Positions 28,645 to 38,265 of a DNA stretch of 64,000 nt are shown piece by piece. How positions within the stretch are numbered: the stretch's first letter is position 1; each line of letters begins with the position of its first letter. Under the pieces are notes generated by a model that was not told the origin of the DNA, made no database searches, and saw nothing but the letters and a program-made list of their open reading frames with translations. The position numbers were made by a program, and so were the translations under genes. This DNA is from a virus. The stretch covers positions 33,261 through 97,260 of IMG/VR virus record IMGVR_UViG_3300036939_000084; one strand, 5' to 3'.

Positions 28645-30184
28645 CATCACGCTGACAGAATTGAGGGGGGAGTATCAGCGACTATGGAATAGCTGCCGAA
28701 TATTGCCGGAGTGGGAAGACCGAGTAGATGAGGTGGTGGCGCGGATTAGAAAAAACCAAAAAAGGTATGAAGCGATCGCCTCCCTTCTCGGCAAATGCCC
28801 CTGGTATTTCATCGGCGCAATCCACAACATGGAGTCCTCCCTTAGTTTCTCCAAACACCTGCACAACGGAGACTCCTTACGCCGCCGCACCGTTCAAGTT
28901 CCAGCGGATCGTCCGGTTGCAGAACCCAGCAGGGGATGGGACGAAGGATATACCTGGGAAGAGAGTGCGATAGATGCCCTGAAATTGCAAGAAATCGACC
29001 GAGTCCGCGACTGGTCAATTGCAGGACTACTGTTTCAATCCGAGCGGTACAACGGTTGGGGATACCGCCTCTATTACCCACACATCCTCTCTCCCTATCT
29101 CTGGTCGGGCACTAATCACTACAGCAAAGGCAAGTATGCAGCAGACGGCAAGTTCGACCGCAATCTCAAGAGTGAGCAGGTTGGGATTGTGCCGCTGCTC
29201 AAGAAACTGATGGAGGATTGCGATACCCCGGTTTCGCAAATTGCAAATTCGCAAATTGCAAAAACTGAGAATAATAAACCTTTATTAAAAGGCGGGGCTT
29301 GCAAGCTGCGGACTGAGAACGACACTTGGTTTACCCAGGCACCTATTGATGCTGAGCTATTGGACGAGAGCGATCGCACCCAACTCCCAGCCAAAAGCAT
29401 ACTCCCCGTCCTCGCTTGGCGGGAAACTCACAACAATTACTTAGTTATTACATTTGGCGCAACGTTTGAGGGACGCAATACCTGGCATGTTAAAGCGAGC
29501 GACGTGCGGATGTCGGTGCCAGCTGTTGTTAAATCACCTGTTCAGCAAGTTGTTCAACATGCCGCACCTCGTCCGATTGTTGCGGGTGATTTATCCACAC
29601 TCCCTGGAGAAAAAGTATTACGCTTCATGAAAAGCCGAGAGTTTAGGGTAAAAGCTCTCAATATTGTGTATTTGGTCAATGCTTCTGCTGACGACTGGTC
29701 TCCAGTAAACAATGTGCTTGATGACTGGAACGATGTTCGTTGTCTGATTAGAGATACGGGCGAGGTTTTGGGGAGCTGGAAGGCTACTACCGATCCAGGT
29801 CGTCACTATCTCTACAATCCGATGAATCCTGCGGGATGCGCTATTCTCGCCTTGGGCCAGCACAGGGATGGGTGGAGAATCGGTTTACATCATGGTCACC
29901 CGGCATTAACCCAGTGTGGAAATTTGGTGATTTATCGCGATCGCAGAAAGTCAGGATCGAGAACAGGTCACACGGTCATTGCTGGAGCGGAGTGTGGAAT
30001 CAACCATCACGGCACGTCCGGTAGGGATGGTAATCCAAAATCTATAGGACGGTGGAGTGCAGGATGTTGCGTCGGGTTGTTCTGGAAATCCCATTTGCAG
30101 TTTATGCAGTTTTGTCGGGATTCGGGTAATTCAAGGTTTGACGCCACTTTGATTGATGGCGTTTCACTACATAATTTTGAATGA
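28637..30184 (+). CDS. Endolysin: lysozyme-family domain plus additional C-terminal domain(s)
   Basis: CPWYFIGAIHNMESS..HLHNGD..SERYNGWGY..YLWSGTNHY..GKYAADG; followed by a holin-like gene. Confidence 0.8.
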   Translation: MSNITLTELRGEYQRLWNSCRILPEWEDRVDEVVARIRKNQKRYEAIASLLGKCPWYFIGAIHNMESSLSFSKHLHNGDSLRRRTVQVPADRPVAEPSRGWDEGYTWEESAIDALKLQEIDRVRDWSIAGLLFQSERYNGWGYRLYYPHILSPYLWSGTNHYSKGKYAADGKFDRNLKSEQVGIVPLLKKLMEDCDTPVSQIANSQIAKTENNKPLLKGGACKLRTENDTWFTQAPIDAELLDESDRTQLPAKSILPVLAWRETHNNYLVITFGATFEGRNTWHVKASDVRMSVPAVVKSPVQQVVQHAAPRPIVAGDLSTLPGEKVLRFMKSREFRVKALNIVYLVNASADDWSPVNNVLDDWNDVRCLIRDTGEVLGSWKATTDPGRHYLYNPMNPAGCAILALGQHRDGWRIGLHHGHPALTQCGNLVIYRDRRKSGSRTGHTVIAGAECGINHHGTSGRDGNPKSIGRWSAGCCVGLFWKSHLQFMQFCRDSGNSRFDATLIDGVSLHNFE

Positions 30185-30197
30185 AGCGGAAAAAATT

Positions 30198-30617
30198 ATG
30201 CCTAAGGAAAAATTAGAACCATCTCAGTGGGTTGTTGATGTTGTCGCCTTGTCGGGCGCGGCTGGCGAATTTCTAAGTCAGGCTGGGGGGACGATTACCA
30301 CGGCGATCGCGGTCATCTCTGTTGCCTCAGTCGTTGGGATTTGCGTGGTTAGTTCTAAAGACTTACCCCCTTGGGCACAATTAATTCTCGGCACAAGCGG
30401 GATAGCGGGGGTTGTTTACGACCCGAAGAAGGGTCGGACGGATATTAAACAAGAGTTTCAGCAACCTGTAGACAACGTTACCTCAGGCGCTCAAACAATA
30501 ACAGAGACTGTTGCACCATCTATTACACCTTCTGCTTATAGTCTTCCGATGATAGACAACGATCTGAGTGATGATGGGGAATGGCTAACTCCGGAAGAAG
30601 CGGCGACGAGGTATTGA
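30198..30617 (+). CDS. Holin-like membrane protein
   Basis: Two hydrophobic segments, acidic tail, directly after endolysin; terminator 30621-30649. Confidence 0.5.
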   Translation: MPKEKLEPSQWVVDVVALSGAAGEFLSQAGGTITTAIAVISVASVVGICVVSSKDLPPWAQLILGTSGIAGVVYDPKKGRTDIKQEFQQPVDNVTSGAQTITETVAPSITPSAYSLPMIDNDLSDDGEWLTPEEAATRY

Positions 30618-30651
30618 CACAAAAAAAGGAGGCATCTGCCTCCTTTTTTAC

Positions 30652-31092
30652 CTAATCAGCGTAATCGACGAGAAAATATTTCAAGTGATTAATTTCTTCA
30701 GCTTTTAAGCTATTTAGGTATTGTATCTTTTCTTCCATTAGCCGAATCCTTTTCTCATGAAATTCTTGAATTTCCGCTGCTGCGATTTTCCAGTTATCGG
30801 CAAGATTCTGCCTCAATTCTCTTAACACCTTTCGGGCTTCTATATCTATTTCCCCGTTGGGAATACGAAAACCCTGTTTATCAATAAGCTCCCAGTTTAT
30901 TGATGGTATCTTGTGGTCGCAATAATAATACTGCTGCAACGAGGGCAGACTGCTTCCGTTGTATGTCGAGGAGATGAACCAACGACATCCCGGTTCTTTC
31001 TGTTCCAATACATCTTCGTTTGATGGGATGTACGACAACTCAATTATTGAGCTGATTTGCTTGCCTTCGTACTCAGTAATGAAATTTTGCAT
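30652..31092 (-). CDS. Hypothetical protein
   Basis: 146-aa ORF with an A-rich leader. Confidence 0.65.
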   Translation of the reverse strand: MQNFITEYEGKQISSIIELSYIPSNEDVLEQKEPGCRWFISSTYNGSSLPSLQQYYYCDHKIPSINWELIDKQGFRIPNGEIDIEARKVLRELRQNLADNWKIAAAEIQEFHEKRIRLMEEKIQYLNSLKAEEINHLKYFLVDYAD

Positions 31093-31225
31093 GACGTACT
31101 ATTTAACTTGTTTACATTAATAATTTTAACATATTTTGTGATAAATGTATTACACAAACAACCGCAATAACTAAGAAAATAGTGGTCTCAAGGATCGGGA
31201 TAATAGCCCGACCATTGAGACTATC

Positions 31226-31429
31226 TCAGAGAGCTTTTTTCTTCATCGCCTCCAACACAGCCTCGTCTCCCCTAGCCATACGCTCCACCAGTTCTGATCG
31301 GCTTATTTTAAACTGCTTGGCAACCATATCGAGGAAAACAATTGCGGTGGGGGTAATTCGCATGGTCACCTTCTGCTTGTTTTCTTCATAGTGCCGAGGT
31401 TGCCCTCTGCCTCTTTTTTTCTCCGGCAT
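31226..31429 (-). CDS. CopG/RHH regulator
   Basis: RGRGQPRHY..KQKVTMRITPTAIVFLD..AKQFKISRSELVE. Confidence 0.75.
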   Translation of the reverse strand: MPEKKRGRGQPRHYEENKQKVTMRITPTAIVFLDMVAKQFKISRSELVERMARGDEAVLEAMKKKAL

Positions 31430-31493
31430 GTTGATCTTTTATTAATGTACGTCTATTATCAATAATGTACAGACATTAACTAAGGCTTGTCAA

Positions 31494-31715
31494 ATGGAAA
31501 TCAGATTCATGGCAGCACGCGAAGAACTCGGAAAGAAGGGATTTCTTCAGAACGAGATTGAGGGATTGCACACAGAGATCGTTGCACGCCCCGTGAAGAA
31601 TGAATTTTTCTCTAACACAGGTCAGGTTGTTTTGGTTGTAGAAGGTAAAGCAGTCGTCGTAGCGCTTACAGATCTTGAAAGTGTTGTTGCGGCATTTAAA
31701 ATCCAAAACAGCTAA
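31494..31715 (+). CDS. Hypothetical protein
   Basis: Divergent from the RHH gene. Confidence 0.65.
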   Translation: MEIRFMAAREELGKKGFLQNEIEGLHTEIVARPVKNEFFSNTGQVVLVVEGKAVVVALTDLESVVAAFKIQNS

Positions 31716-31804
31716 CCCTGTTTAGACAAGTCGCCCCGAAGATTAGGACTCCAGGGGCGATCTCACTCCCACAAACAACGACGAATATAGGAGCAACAAC
31801 AATC

Positions 31805-32605
31805 ATGTCACATAATCTGGCATTAGAAAACTACGGTGAGATACGGGTGACCCCAGATGAGCGTTACAGTGTATTTGACGTAATTGAGGTTATTGGCGGA
31901 AAAAACAACCCCCGTAAAGCTTGGAGCGATCTGAAAGAGCAATTTCCAGAAGTTGTAACCAGAAGTGACAACTTCAAGTTTGATGGTCAAGGGCAACGCC
32001 CCACACCAGTCACAAATAAGGAAGGGCTGCTTTATATTATCGGACTGCTTCCAGGAGCTGTTGGAAGAAGTTATCGAGAAGATGCGGCAAAATTAATGCT
32101 AGCCAAGATTGAAGGGCGATCAGATTTCGCTATACAAACATCGGACAGATTACTTGCGCTCCCTGCTCCAAAAGAAATAGCGGAGGCGATTACACTTGTT
32201 CTGCAAATTGCAAATATCGATCCGCTGCTGATCGCTGGTGTTGTTGCTAATGAGATTGGTAATACTCACCCGCAGCTGAAGCCGCAAATGGAAGCAGCTA
32301 AGAAACTTCTTCCTTTCCCAGTCGAGCAGGAACTTTTAACTGTTACGGATTTGGCGAAAAAATATGTGGCAGAAACAGGTAATCCTCTCAGCAAGAACAA
32401 TACGGAACGGGGCAATGCCATTGCTCTCAATAAGCTGCTAATTAGCTTAGGTTTGCAAGTGCAAAATCCAGACGGCAATCCAAGCTACCTGCCCACCGAA
32501 TTGGGCAAACCCTACTCTCAGCTTGTACTACAGGAGGGGAAAGAATCAAACAAGACATGCCAGCAGCTTCGTTGGTATCCGAAGGTAATTGAGCGTTTAG
32601 CGTAG
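31805..32605 (+). CDS. Antirepressor-like DNA-binding protein (intact)
   Basis: YSVFDVIEVIGGKNNPRKAWSDL N-terminus; C-terminal half homologous to 25095 (IDPLLIAG..HPQLK..ELLTVT); YLPTELGKPY..QLRWY. Confidence 0.75.
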   Translation: MSHNLALENYGEIRVTPDERYSVFDVIEVIGGKNNPRKAWSDLKEQFPEVVTRSDNFKFDGQGQRPTPVTNKEGLLYIIGLLPGAVGRSYREDAAKLMLAKIEGRSDFAIQTSDRLLALPAPKEIAEAITLVLQIANIDPLLIAGVVANEIGNTHPQLKPQMEAAKKLLPFPVEQELLTVTDLAKKYVAETGNPLSKNNTERGNAIALNKLLISLGLQVQNPDGNPSYLPTELGKPYSQLVLQEGKESNKTCQQLRWYPKVIERLA

Positions 32606-32699
32606 AAATAGAAAGAGCGATCGCATTCATAACGGGTGCGATCGCTTTTTCTATAATCATTGTGATAAAATATCTATATCAACCTAATCAGCCAAACTA

Positions 32700-33086
32700 A
32701 TGCTAAAACCGACCGAAACCCATGAACAAATCGCTTCAGAGATATACCAAGATTTTTGCGAGGGTACTGCCGAAAACAGCCCTTTTCAAAAAGCATGGGA
32801 TGCTTATGAAGAAAAGCATGGAAATATCGTTACTGGAAGTTTAGAAGAAAATCTTGTCTACCAAGCAATTCTCTACGCCATTCAGGTGGGGTGTGACAAC
32901 TATTATTCGCCTTCAGTCCCTCCAGGGATGCAGGTAGCTGTCCCCAGAAAAGTGCGGCACAGAACACTTCCAATGACAGGCACTGTGATACAAGAGTTGG
33001 AGACAATGCCTGTTTAGTACAAAATTAACTGGAATGATGGAACCGTTTCTACAGAGTTTGAAGATTCCATTGTATTTGAAGATTAA
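32700..33086 (+). pseudogene. Early-cassette gene with probable premature TAG at 33015-33017
   Basis: In-frame continuation YKINWNDGTVSTEFEDSIVFED* completes an SH3-like segment and ends just before hairpin 33091. Confidence 0.5.
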
Positions 33087-33182
33087 GTAGAAAAGCGATC
33101 GCATTTATCACAGGTGCGATCGCTCTTTGTTTTTTATGTCATTATGTGATAAAATAAAATAGTAAACCAAACACATTGCATC

Positions 33183-33431
33183 ATGATAATCAAAGTAGAA
33201 ATAAATGGAAAACCGATAGATGTCGAAATTATTACTGACATTCGAGTAACAGTTTTAGATGCAGATTTCGAGGCAGAGGGGTATAATTCCCTCGAAATCA
33301 CCTACAAGATAAATCACGAGGGGGTGAGTATTGATTTAGTAGACGGAGAAACGGGAGAAGTTGTTGGAGACAGTGCCAGTTCCCACTGGGACTATGTTGC
33401 AGAACATACCCCAGTTGACGATTTGGTTTAA
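33183..33431 (+). CDS. Acidic early-cassette protein
   Basis: Promoter 33145, hairpin 33433; 19 D/E versus 4 K/R in 82 aa. Confidence 0.7.
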   Translation: MIIKVEINGKPIDVEIITDIRVTVLDADFEAEGYNSLEITYKINHEGVSIDLVDGETGEVVGDSASSHWDYVAEHTPVDDLV

Positions 33432-33537
33432 TAAAAAGAGTGATCGCATTCATTCCGGGTGCGATCACTCTTTTTGTATTAAACCTTTATTATAAATGTG
33501 ATAAAATAATACTTAAGACAAAACAAGGTAAAGATAG

Positions 33538-33762
33538 ATGAATAGAGAAGAATGGATCAACTCGCTAAAAGTTGGAGACAGGGTTATCTATATCAGTTCA
33601 GAAGAATCCTGGGATGCGAGAATTGGAGTTGTTAAAAGCATCTCTAATACGAAAATCTGTGTTTATTTTTTTAAAGATCAAAAGAAAGGTTCTATGTTTG
33701 ATAAGAAAACAGGATCTAGGGCTGACTGGAATGGGTGGATTCAGCCTTACAGAGAATTCTAG
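33538..33762 (+). CDS. SH3/KOW-like early-cassette protein
   Basis: LKVGDRVIY..IGVVKSIS; promoter 33497. Confidence 0.7.
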   Translation: MNREEWINSLKVGDRVIYISSEESWDARIGVVKSISNTKICVYFFKDQKKGSMFDKKTGSRADWNGWIQPYREF

Positions 33763-33957
33763 TTGTCTGAAGCGATCACATTCATCACGGGTGAGATCGC
33801 TCTTCTGTTTATTAAACCTTTATTATAGAAACCTGCTTAAAACGCTATAATTCGCACAATGAGGCTGTGTTAGCCCATGATATAGAGTGAATTAAACAAA
33901 ATTTTAACCGGAACGTCTCGCGACCTCGGCATTTTATGTGCCGGGGTTTTTGTGTTT

Positions 33958-35685
33958 ATGGCTAAATACTTGTCAATGACCGAACCAATTGAGATTGAGA
34001 TTGCTGCCAGCTCGGAAGAGTTGGTGGCAGATGCTGAATCTCAAGAAACGCAGGCAGCGGGACGGGTACTGTCTCAAAGAAATGCGGATAGACTCAGTGG
34101 GTCGGTTCGCACGCTGCTTGAAGTCCTGGGCGATGCAGGGATTCTCGACACTGGCGACATGAATTCGCTAGCCGACTTCCTGAGGAAAGAGGCAAATGCA
34201 TCCCCAGCTCTTGAAGTCGCAGAGGTGGAGGCGGGTGCCTTCAAGGAGATGTGCGATCGCAATACTTGGCAAATGCGGCTCAATTCAGCAGTCAATTTGT
34301 TCCAGGACAGATTTTGCATGTTGCATGAAATGGGGGATGACGAGATGGCTCGTTTCCTTCCCCCCGGAAGCAGTCGGTCTGCCGAAATTGCGGCACTCAT
34401 GGAAGACTTTAACTCTGTTCTCTCAGCATTAGATAAAGATCATCCGGGACCGGGTCGGCGTTTAAGCCCCATTATGCTATCAACTTCAGAGGGAGAGGGA
34501 TTGCAAGCCTTGGCGTTTGAAGCCCCTATAGAGATAGCGGCGAACGCCGGTAACCCCAACCGTCACCCAATCAAAGGTGTTCTGTTCCAAGTTGACGAAC
34601 CCTCCCCGGCTATTCCCGCAGTGGGTCCGGGGCTTCCTCTATTTATCCCCCGCGCAGTTGCTGAGCGAGATGTGGTTCAGGCGGGGGTTTCGGGTCTTCC
34701 TCTTGATGCCCACGACAGTCTTTCTCAGCACGCCAACGAGGATATTGCTGGCGTAATGCAGTCGGCAGCGATTAATGGAAACGATTGCGAGATGGTGGGC
34801 TTTGTCTGGCCTTGGTCACGCAAGAAAAAGGTGCAATCGATTTTGCAAAATGCAAATCGCCTGGGCATGTCTATTAATGCGATGGCTAAAGGGCATCAAG
34901 CGGAGGTTAATGGCACCCGTGTTTTTTGGGTCGATGAGCTACGCCTGATGGGGGCTAACATCCTCTACTCCGACAAAGCTACTTATCGCAAAACTCGATT
35001 ACTTGCTGCTCAAGGATTGCCAGAGGAAGACTTGTTGGAACGGGAAATCACCCTGCTTGATTTCCCTGTCGCGGCTGTTAGTACAGGCGCGAGAGACCCT
35101 ACCGATGAAGTTGAGGTAGCAATTGCCGCCAGCGCTAAACCCAACGACGAGTACGACGAAAGGGAATATCAACCACAACCAGAGGAAACAATGTCCGAGG
35201 AGATAAAAGAACAATTACAGGCGATGTCGCGCACGCTGTCCGATGTAGTCGGCACACTTAATGGCACGGTCTCGCAATTGTCGAATGAAATCGACGGAAT
35301 TAAAACCCAGCTCCGTGATGTGCGCTCCGACTTTGAAACTCGACAAAATATTGCTGCTCAAGCGGCTGAGGATGCTCGTAAAAAAGAGGAGCAAACTAGC
35401 CTAGTTCAGCTTGTCAGAGCAGAGATGGAAACAGTTCTTCGCCAGATCAATCCATCCGGTTCACCCGCTCGTTCTACTCACCGCACAGTGCCTGTTGCAG
35501 CAAGCTCTGGTGGTAGCGGCACTGTCTCTCCAGAGCTTATTCAGATTCAGCTTCAAATTGCCACCATTGATGGACAACTGGCGGAAGCCCAAAGTGCGAC
35601 GGGTGGTCACTACGATTCAGTCAAAATAATGCAACTGCTAGATCGTAAGCGTGATCTGCAAATGCAAATCGGTGGAGGCTACTAA
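33958..35685 (+). CDS. Prohead protease-scaffold protein
   Basis: HPIKGVLFQVD..LSQH..LGMSINA protease-like core, C-terminal coiled coil; directly upstream of the capsid gene. Confidence 0.7.
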   Translation: MAKYLSMTEPIEIEIAASSEELVADAESQETQAAGRVLSQRNADRLSGSVRTLLEVLGDAGILDTGDMNSLADFLRKEANASPALEVAEVEAGAFKEMCDRNTWQMRLNSAVNLFQDRFCMLHEMGDDEMARFLPPGSSRSAEIAALMEDFNSVLSALDKDHPGPGRRLSPIMLSTSEGEGLQALAFEAPIEIAANAGNPNRHPIKGVLFQVDEPSPAIPAVGPGLPLFIPRAVAERDVVQAGVSGLPLDAHDSLSQHANEDIAGVMQSAAINGNDCEMVGFVWPWSRKKKVQSILQNANRLGMSINAMAKGHQAEVNGTRVFWVDELRLMGANILYSDKATYRKTRLLAAQGLPEEDLLEREITLLDFPVAAVSTGARDPTDEVEVAIAASAKPNDEYDEREYQPQPEETMSEEIKEQLQAMSRTLSDVVGTLNGTVSQLSNEIDGIKTQLRDVRSDFETRQNIAAQAAEDARKKEEQTSLVQLVRAEMETVLRQINPSGSPARSTHRTVPVAASSGGSGTVSPELIQIQLQIATIDGQLAEAQSATGGHYDSVKIMQLLDRKRDLQMQIGGGY

Positions 35686-35689
35686 TTAG

Positions 35690-36766
35690 ATGTACTTAAA
35701 AGACAGATTAGTAACCTCCACCGATATTCAAGGCGCTGGAGGGGTGAACGAGGGCGGGTTTATGCCCGTACAAGCCACTTACGGCACCGCGCTTGATGGC
35801 TTCATGGTGCGACAGGATTACCAACCCATTGTTAAGAATCTTGTTCGCTCCGAGATGTTCTTGTGGCCTCAACTCGCTAAAGAACAGGCCGAAGCTGACC
35901 AAATCCAAGGAATGTCTGAAGGGCAAGAACCCTACAGCGGATTTGTTGACAAAATTGATCTCAACCCGCCTGAAAACCCATCGGACATCATTCCGTTTGT
36001 TTACAACGGTGTGCCCCAGGGTGTGAAAGCTATTGGGGGAGTGATTAAATTTGGGCATTATGCGCGATCGCTCTATGACCAGCAAGGAAAACCTTATGGT
36101 GATATCGCTGCTCGTCGCACCCAAAAACTCCTCCAAAACGTTCTCCGCAACTTAGAACGAGCCTTGTTTATCGGTGATGCCACTCGCAACCCCTTGGAGT
36201 TCAACGGGATTGAGACTCAAATGTCTGCCCAAAACCGTTTCCACGCTTCTGTAATCAACGGTGATTCGGTAGTGCAGAAGTTGCGTGCGATCGTTCGCCT
36301 TGCAGTCAACGATCCGTATATTATGCGGAAAATTGACTTCATCTACTGTTCCGGATTAGCCCTTGAGCTAATTGAGGAAGAGGTTCAACAGCGACTTGAG
36401 TACCACAATCTCGACTCAATCCGACCTGGATTAAGAGTACCGGGTATTATTACTCAGGCTGGTGTCGTACCCATCCTCCCTACTCCCTACATCCAGGACA
36501 TCCTTAATCCAAATGGACCCGATCAAGTAGTGTTCTACCTGATGGACAAAGACAGCTTGACTTGGAAGGGTGTTTATCCTCAGGGCGGGCAGAAAACCTT
36601 CGAGCCCCAGATTTTTGAGGTAGCTAGCTATACCCAGAATGCCGCTCCCTATCTACTAGAGAAGCGGATGGCATTGTGCTATGGAACTCTATTCTCTGAA
36701 AACCAAGGATTAGGGCTTTATCGGTTAACGGTTGATATTCCCAAGGGTCGAGTGGGGACGATCTAA
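35690..36766 (+). CDS. Major capsid protein (HK97 fold)
   Basis: 358 aa; 'LERALFIGD..NPLEFNGI' motif; follows protease. Confidence 0.85.
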   Translation: MYLKDRLVTSTDIQGAGGVNEGGFMPVQATYGTALDGFMVRQDYQPIVKNLVRSEMFLWPQLAKEQAEADQIQGMSEGQEPYSGFVDKIDLNPPENPSDIIPFVYNGVPQGVKAIGGVIKFGHYARSLYDQQGKPYGDIAARRTQKLLQNVLRNLERALFIGDATRNPLEFNGIETQMSAQNRFHASVINGDSVVQKLRAIVRLAVNDPYIMRKIDFIYCSGLALELIEEEVQQRLEYHNLDSIRPGLRVPGIITQAGVVPILPTPYIQDILNPNGPDQVVFYLMDKDSLTWKGVYPQGGQKTFEPQIFEVASYTQNAAPYLLEKRMALCYGTLFSENQGLGLYRLTVDIPKGRVGTI

Positions 36767-37287
36767 TGCCTGAAGGACAAGAACCAACCAGTATGATAGT
36801 TGTTCCAATGCGGCGATGGATCAATCAGACCATCCGCACGCCTTGGGACGGTCCCATCACTCGCAACGGGAATCTTCCAATCACCGTTCCGGCGCGGGCA
36901 GGAAAGTGGCTCATCGACAGGTGCTTTGCCGAACTGTATGTGGAGGGGTCGGGACAAACAGCACAAGTGGCACCCTTGGGAAGTCCAGAAGTGCCGCAGC
37001 CGCTCGACGAGTCTGCGATTATCGATCATCCGAAAGTGGAGGATATTAAGCCACCAGAGGGTGAAGCTACTACACCAGAACAGAATCTATCTCCTCCAGA
37101 ATCGTGGCAAACAATTTGTGTGGAGCGACTCAATGGCATGAGTGCGGACGAAATTTCTCAAATTCGTGGAATAAGCGCTCCAATGGCAGAGTTAATTTCT
37201 AACTCTAAGCCGTTAAATTGGGAAAAGCTCAGCACAATTGTTAACGAACGGCAAATCAAATCGCTGCAATCCTGGATTGATGGCTGA
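36766..37287 (+). CDS. Head-associated protein with C-terminal helix-hairpin-helix-like motif
   Basis: ISQIRGISAPMAELI; coupled to MCP. Confidence 0.55.
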   Translation: MPEGQEPTSMIVVPMRRWINQTIRTPWDGPITRNGNLPITVPARAGKWLIDRCFAELYVEGSGQTAQVAPLGSPEVPQPLDESAIIDHPKVEDIKPPEGEATTPEQNLSPPESWQTICVERLNGMSADEISQIRGISAPMAELISNSKPLNWEKLSTIVNERQIKSLQSWIDG

Positions 37288-37320
37288 AAATAATAAACCT
37301 TTAATATAAAGGAGACGTTT

Positions 37321-37767
37321 ATGGTTAATGCCGCAACAACACCTACTACTAAAGATCTGCCCCCCAATATCCCGTTTGGTGGAAATTACCAGTATTTATA
37401 CCCAAACGAGCCGTTTCTTCGCAAAGTACCTCCAGGTCTCCCTGCGACTGAACATCTGGGTTCTGACGGCAAATTTTACAGCCTCAATCCTGAAGGAGTA
37501 ATTCCCTTCAGCCTGCACAAATCGAAACAAGTGGAAAACGCAACGGGTAGACCTCCCAGTCTGATCAGAAGTTTGCCATCCCTACCACCACAAGACCGTC
37601 CGCACGGCACACCCGGCAGCACTCACGACCCGAACCCTTGGTTCATCCCAGCGGCGCTCAATCCTCCTGCGGAACTCACCGCACCTCCGATTCCTGCTGC
37701 TGGTTATGTTCCACCGCCTGCTGCTAGTACGCCGACAACGACGGGGAGTACTGCTCCGTCAACTTAG
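37321..37767 (+). CDS. Proline-rich virion/decoration-like protein
   Basis: SD ggag; palindrome 37291 upstream. Confidence 0.55.
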   Translation: MVNAATTPTTKDLPPNIPFGGNYQYLYPNEPFLRKVPPGLPATEHLGSDGKFYSLNPEGVIPFSLHKSKQVENATGRPPSLIRSLPSLPPQDRPHGTPGSTHDPNPWFIPAALNPPAELTAPPIPAAGYVPPPAASTPTTTGSTAPST

Positions 37768-37841
37768 GTTTTGCAAATTGCAAAAAAAAGAGAGGGGGCG
37801 ATCGTACATTGATCACCCCCTCTCTCTTTTTCTAATTTACC

Positions 37842-38150
37842 TTATTCAACATCATCAATAAGGCTTTCTGCTATTTCCTGCGCCTCTTCAAGAGTGCAGT
37901 GGTAGGGAATACTGTTGTATGCCCAATATCCCCGATGATCGGTATCATACTGACTATCACCCGTTATGAGTGACCAATCACCCTCAAACACCCTTAGTCG
38001 GCAGTCCGTTCCAGAAAAGTCGGAGTCAGGCATTTGCAATTCCTCTTCGGTGAAGTTTCGTCGCAAGTAATCAGCCTCTTCAAATATCTGTTCAGCTAAA
38101 TCTTCAACAGATATTTCGATTGATTCAGTCTTTGTTAGTTGAACCTTCAT
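37842..38150 (-). CDS. Highly acidic early-cassette protein
   Basis: Promoter 38180 (-); 26 D/E versus 7 K/R in 102 aa; GDSQYDTDHRGYW motif. Confidence 0.75.
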   Translation of the reverse strand: MKVQLTKTESIEISVEDLAEQIFEEADYLRRNFTEEELQMPDSDFSGTDCRLRVFEGDWSLITGDSQYDTDHRGYWAYNSIPYHCTLEEAQEIAESLIDDVE

Positions 38151-38218
38151 TCTCTTGTGCTTAATTTGTTTGCCTAATTATTTTATCACATTATAACTAA
38201 AAAATATATAAACCTTTA

Positions 38219-38265
38219 TTGACACTCTCCGGATTTTAGCGTTAGCGGAATCTGGAGAGTGTCAA
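38219..38265. repeat. 47-bp palindromic element with TTGAC...GTCAA ends
   Basis: Arms ttgacactctccggatt / aatctggagagtgtcaa match 16/17. Confidence 0.8.

Larger units (their letters stand above)
27236..33805. repeat. Five HIP1-stemmed hairpin repeats with conserved loop ATTYATNNCRGGT
   Basis: 27236-27280 (inverted), 32611-32651, 33091-33128, 33433-33475, 33769-33805; related hairpins at 49792-49838, 51861-51894, 52231-52266. Confidence 0.85.

Noticed and set aside
27236-33805. HIP1 hairpin repeats as a CRISPR array
   Set aside because: Spacing is hundreds to thousands of bp with whole genes between copies; no regular repeat-spacer array or cas gene was seen anywhere in the window
33855-33900. 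Twister-like ribozyme upstream of head genes
   Set aside because: AAUGAGGC and AGCCC resemble the core, but the required P2 complement is missing
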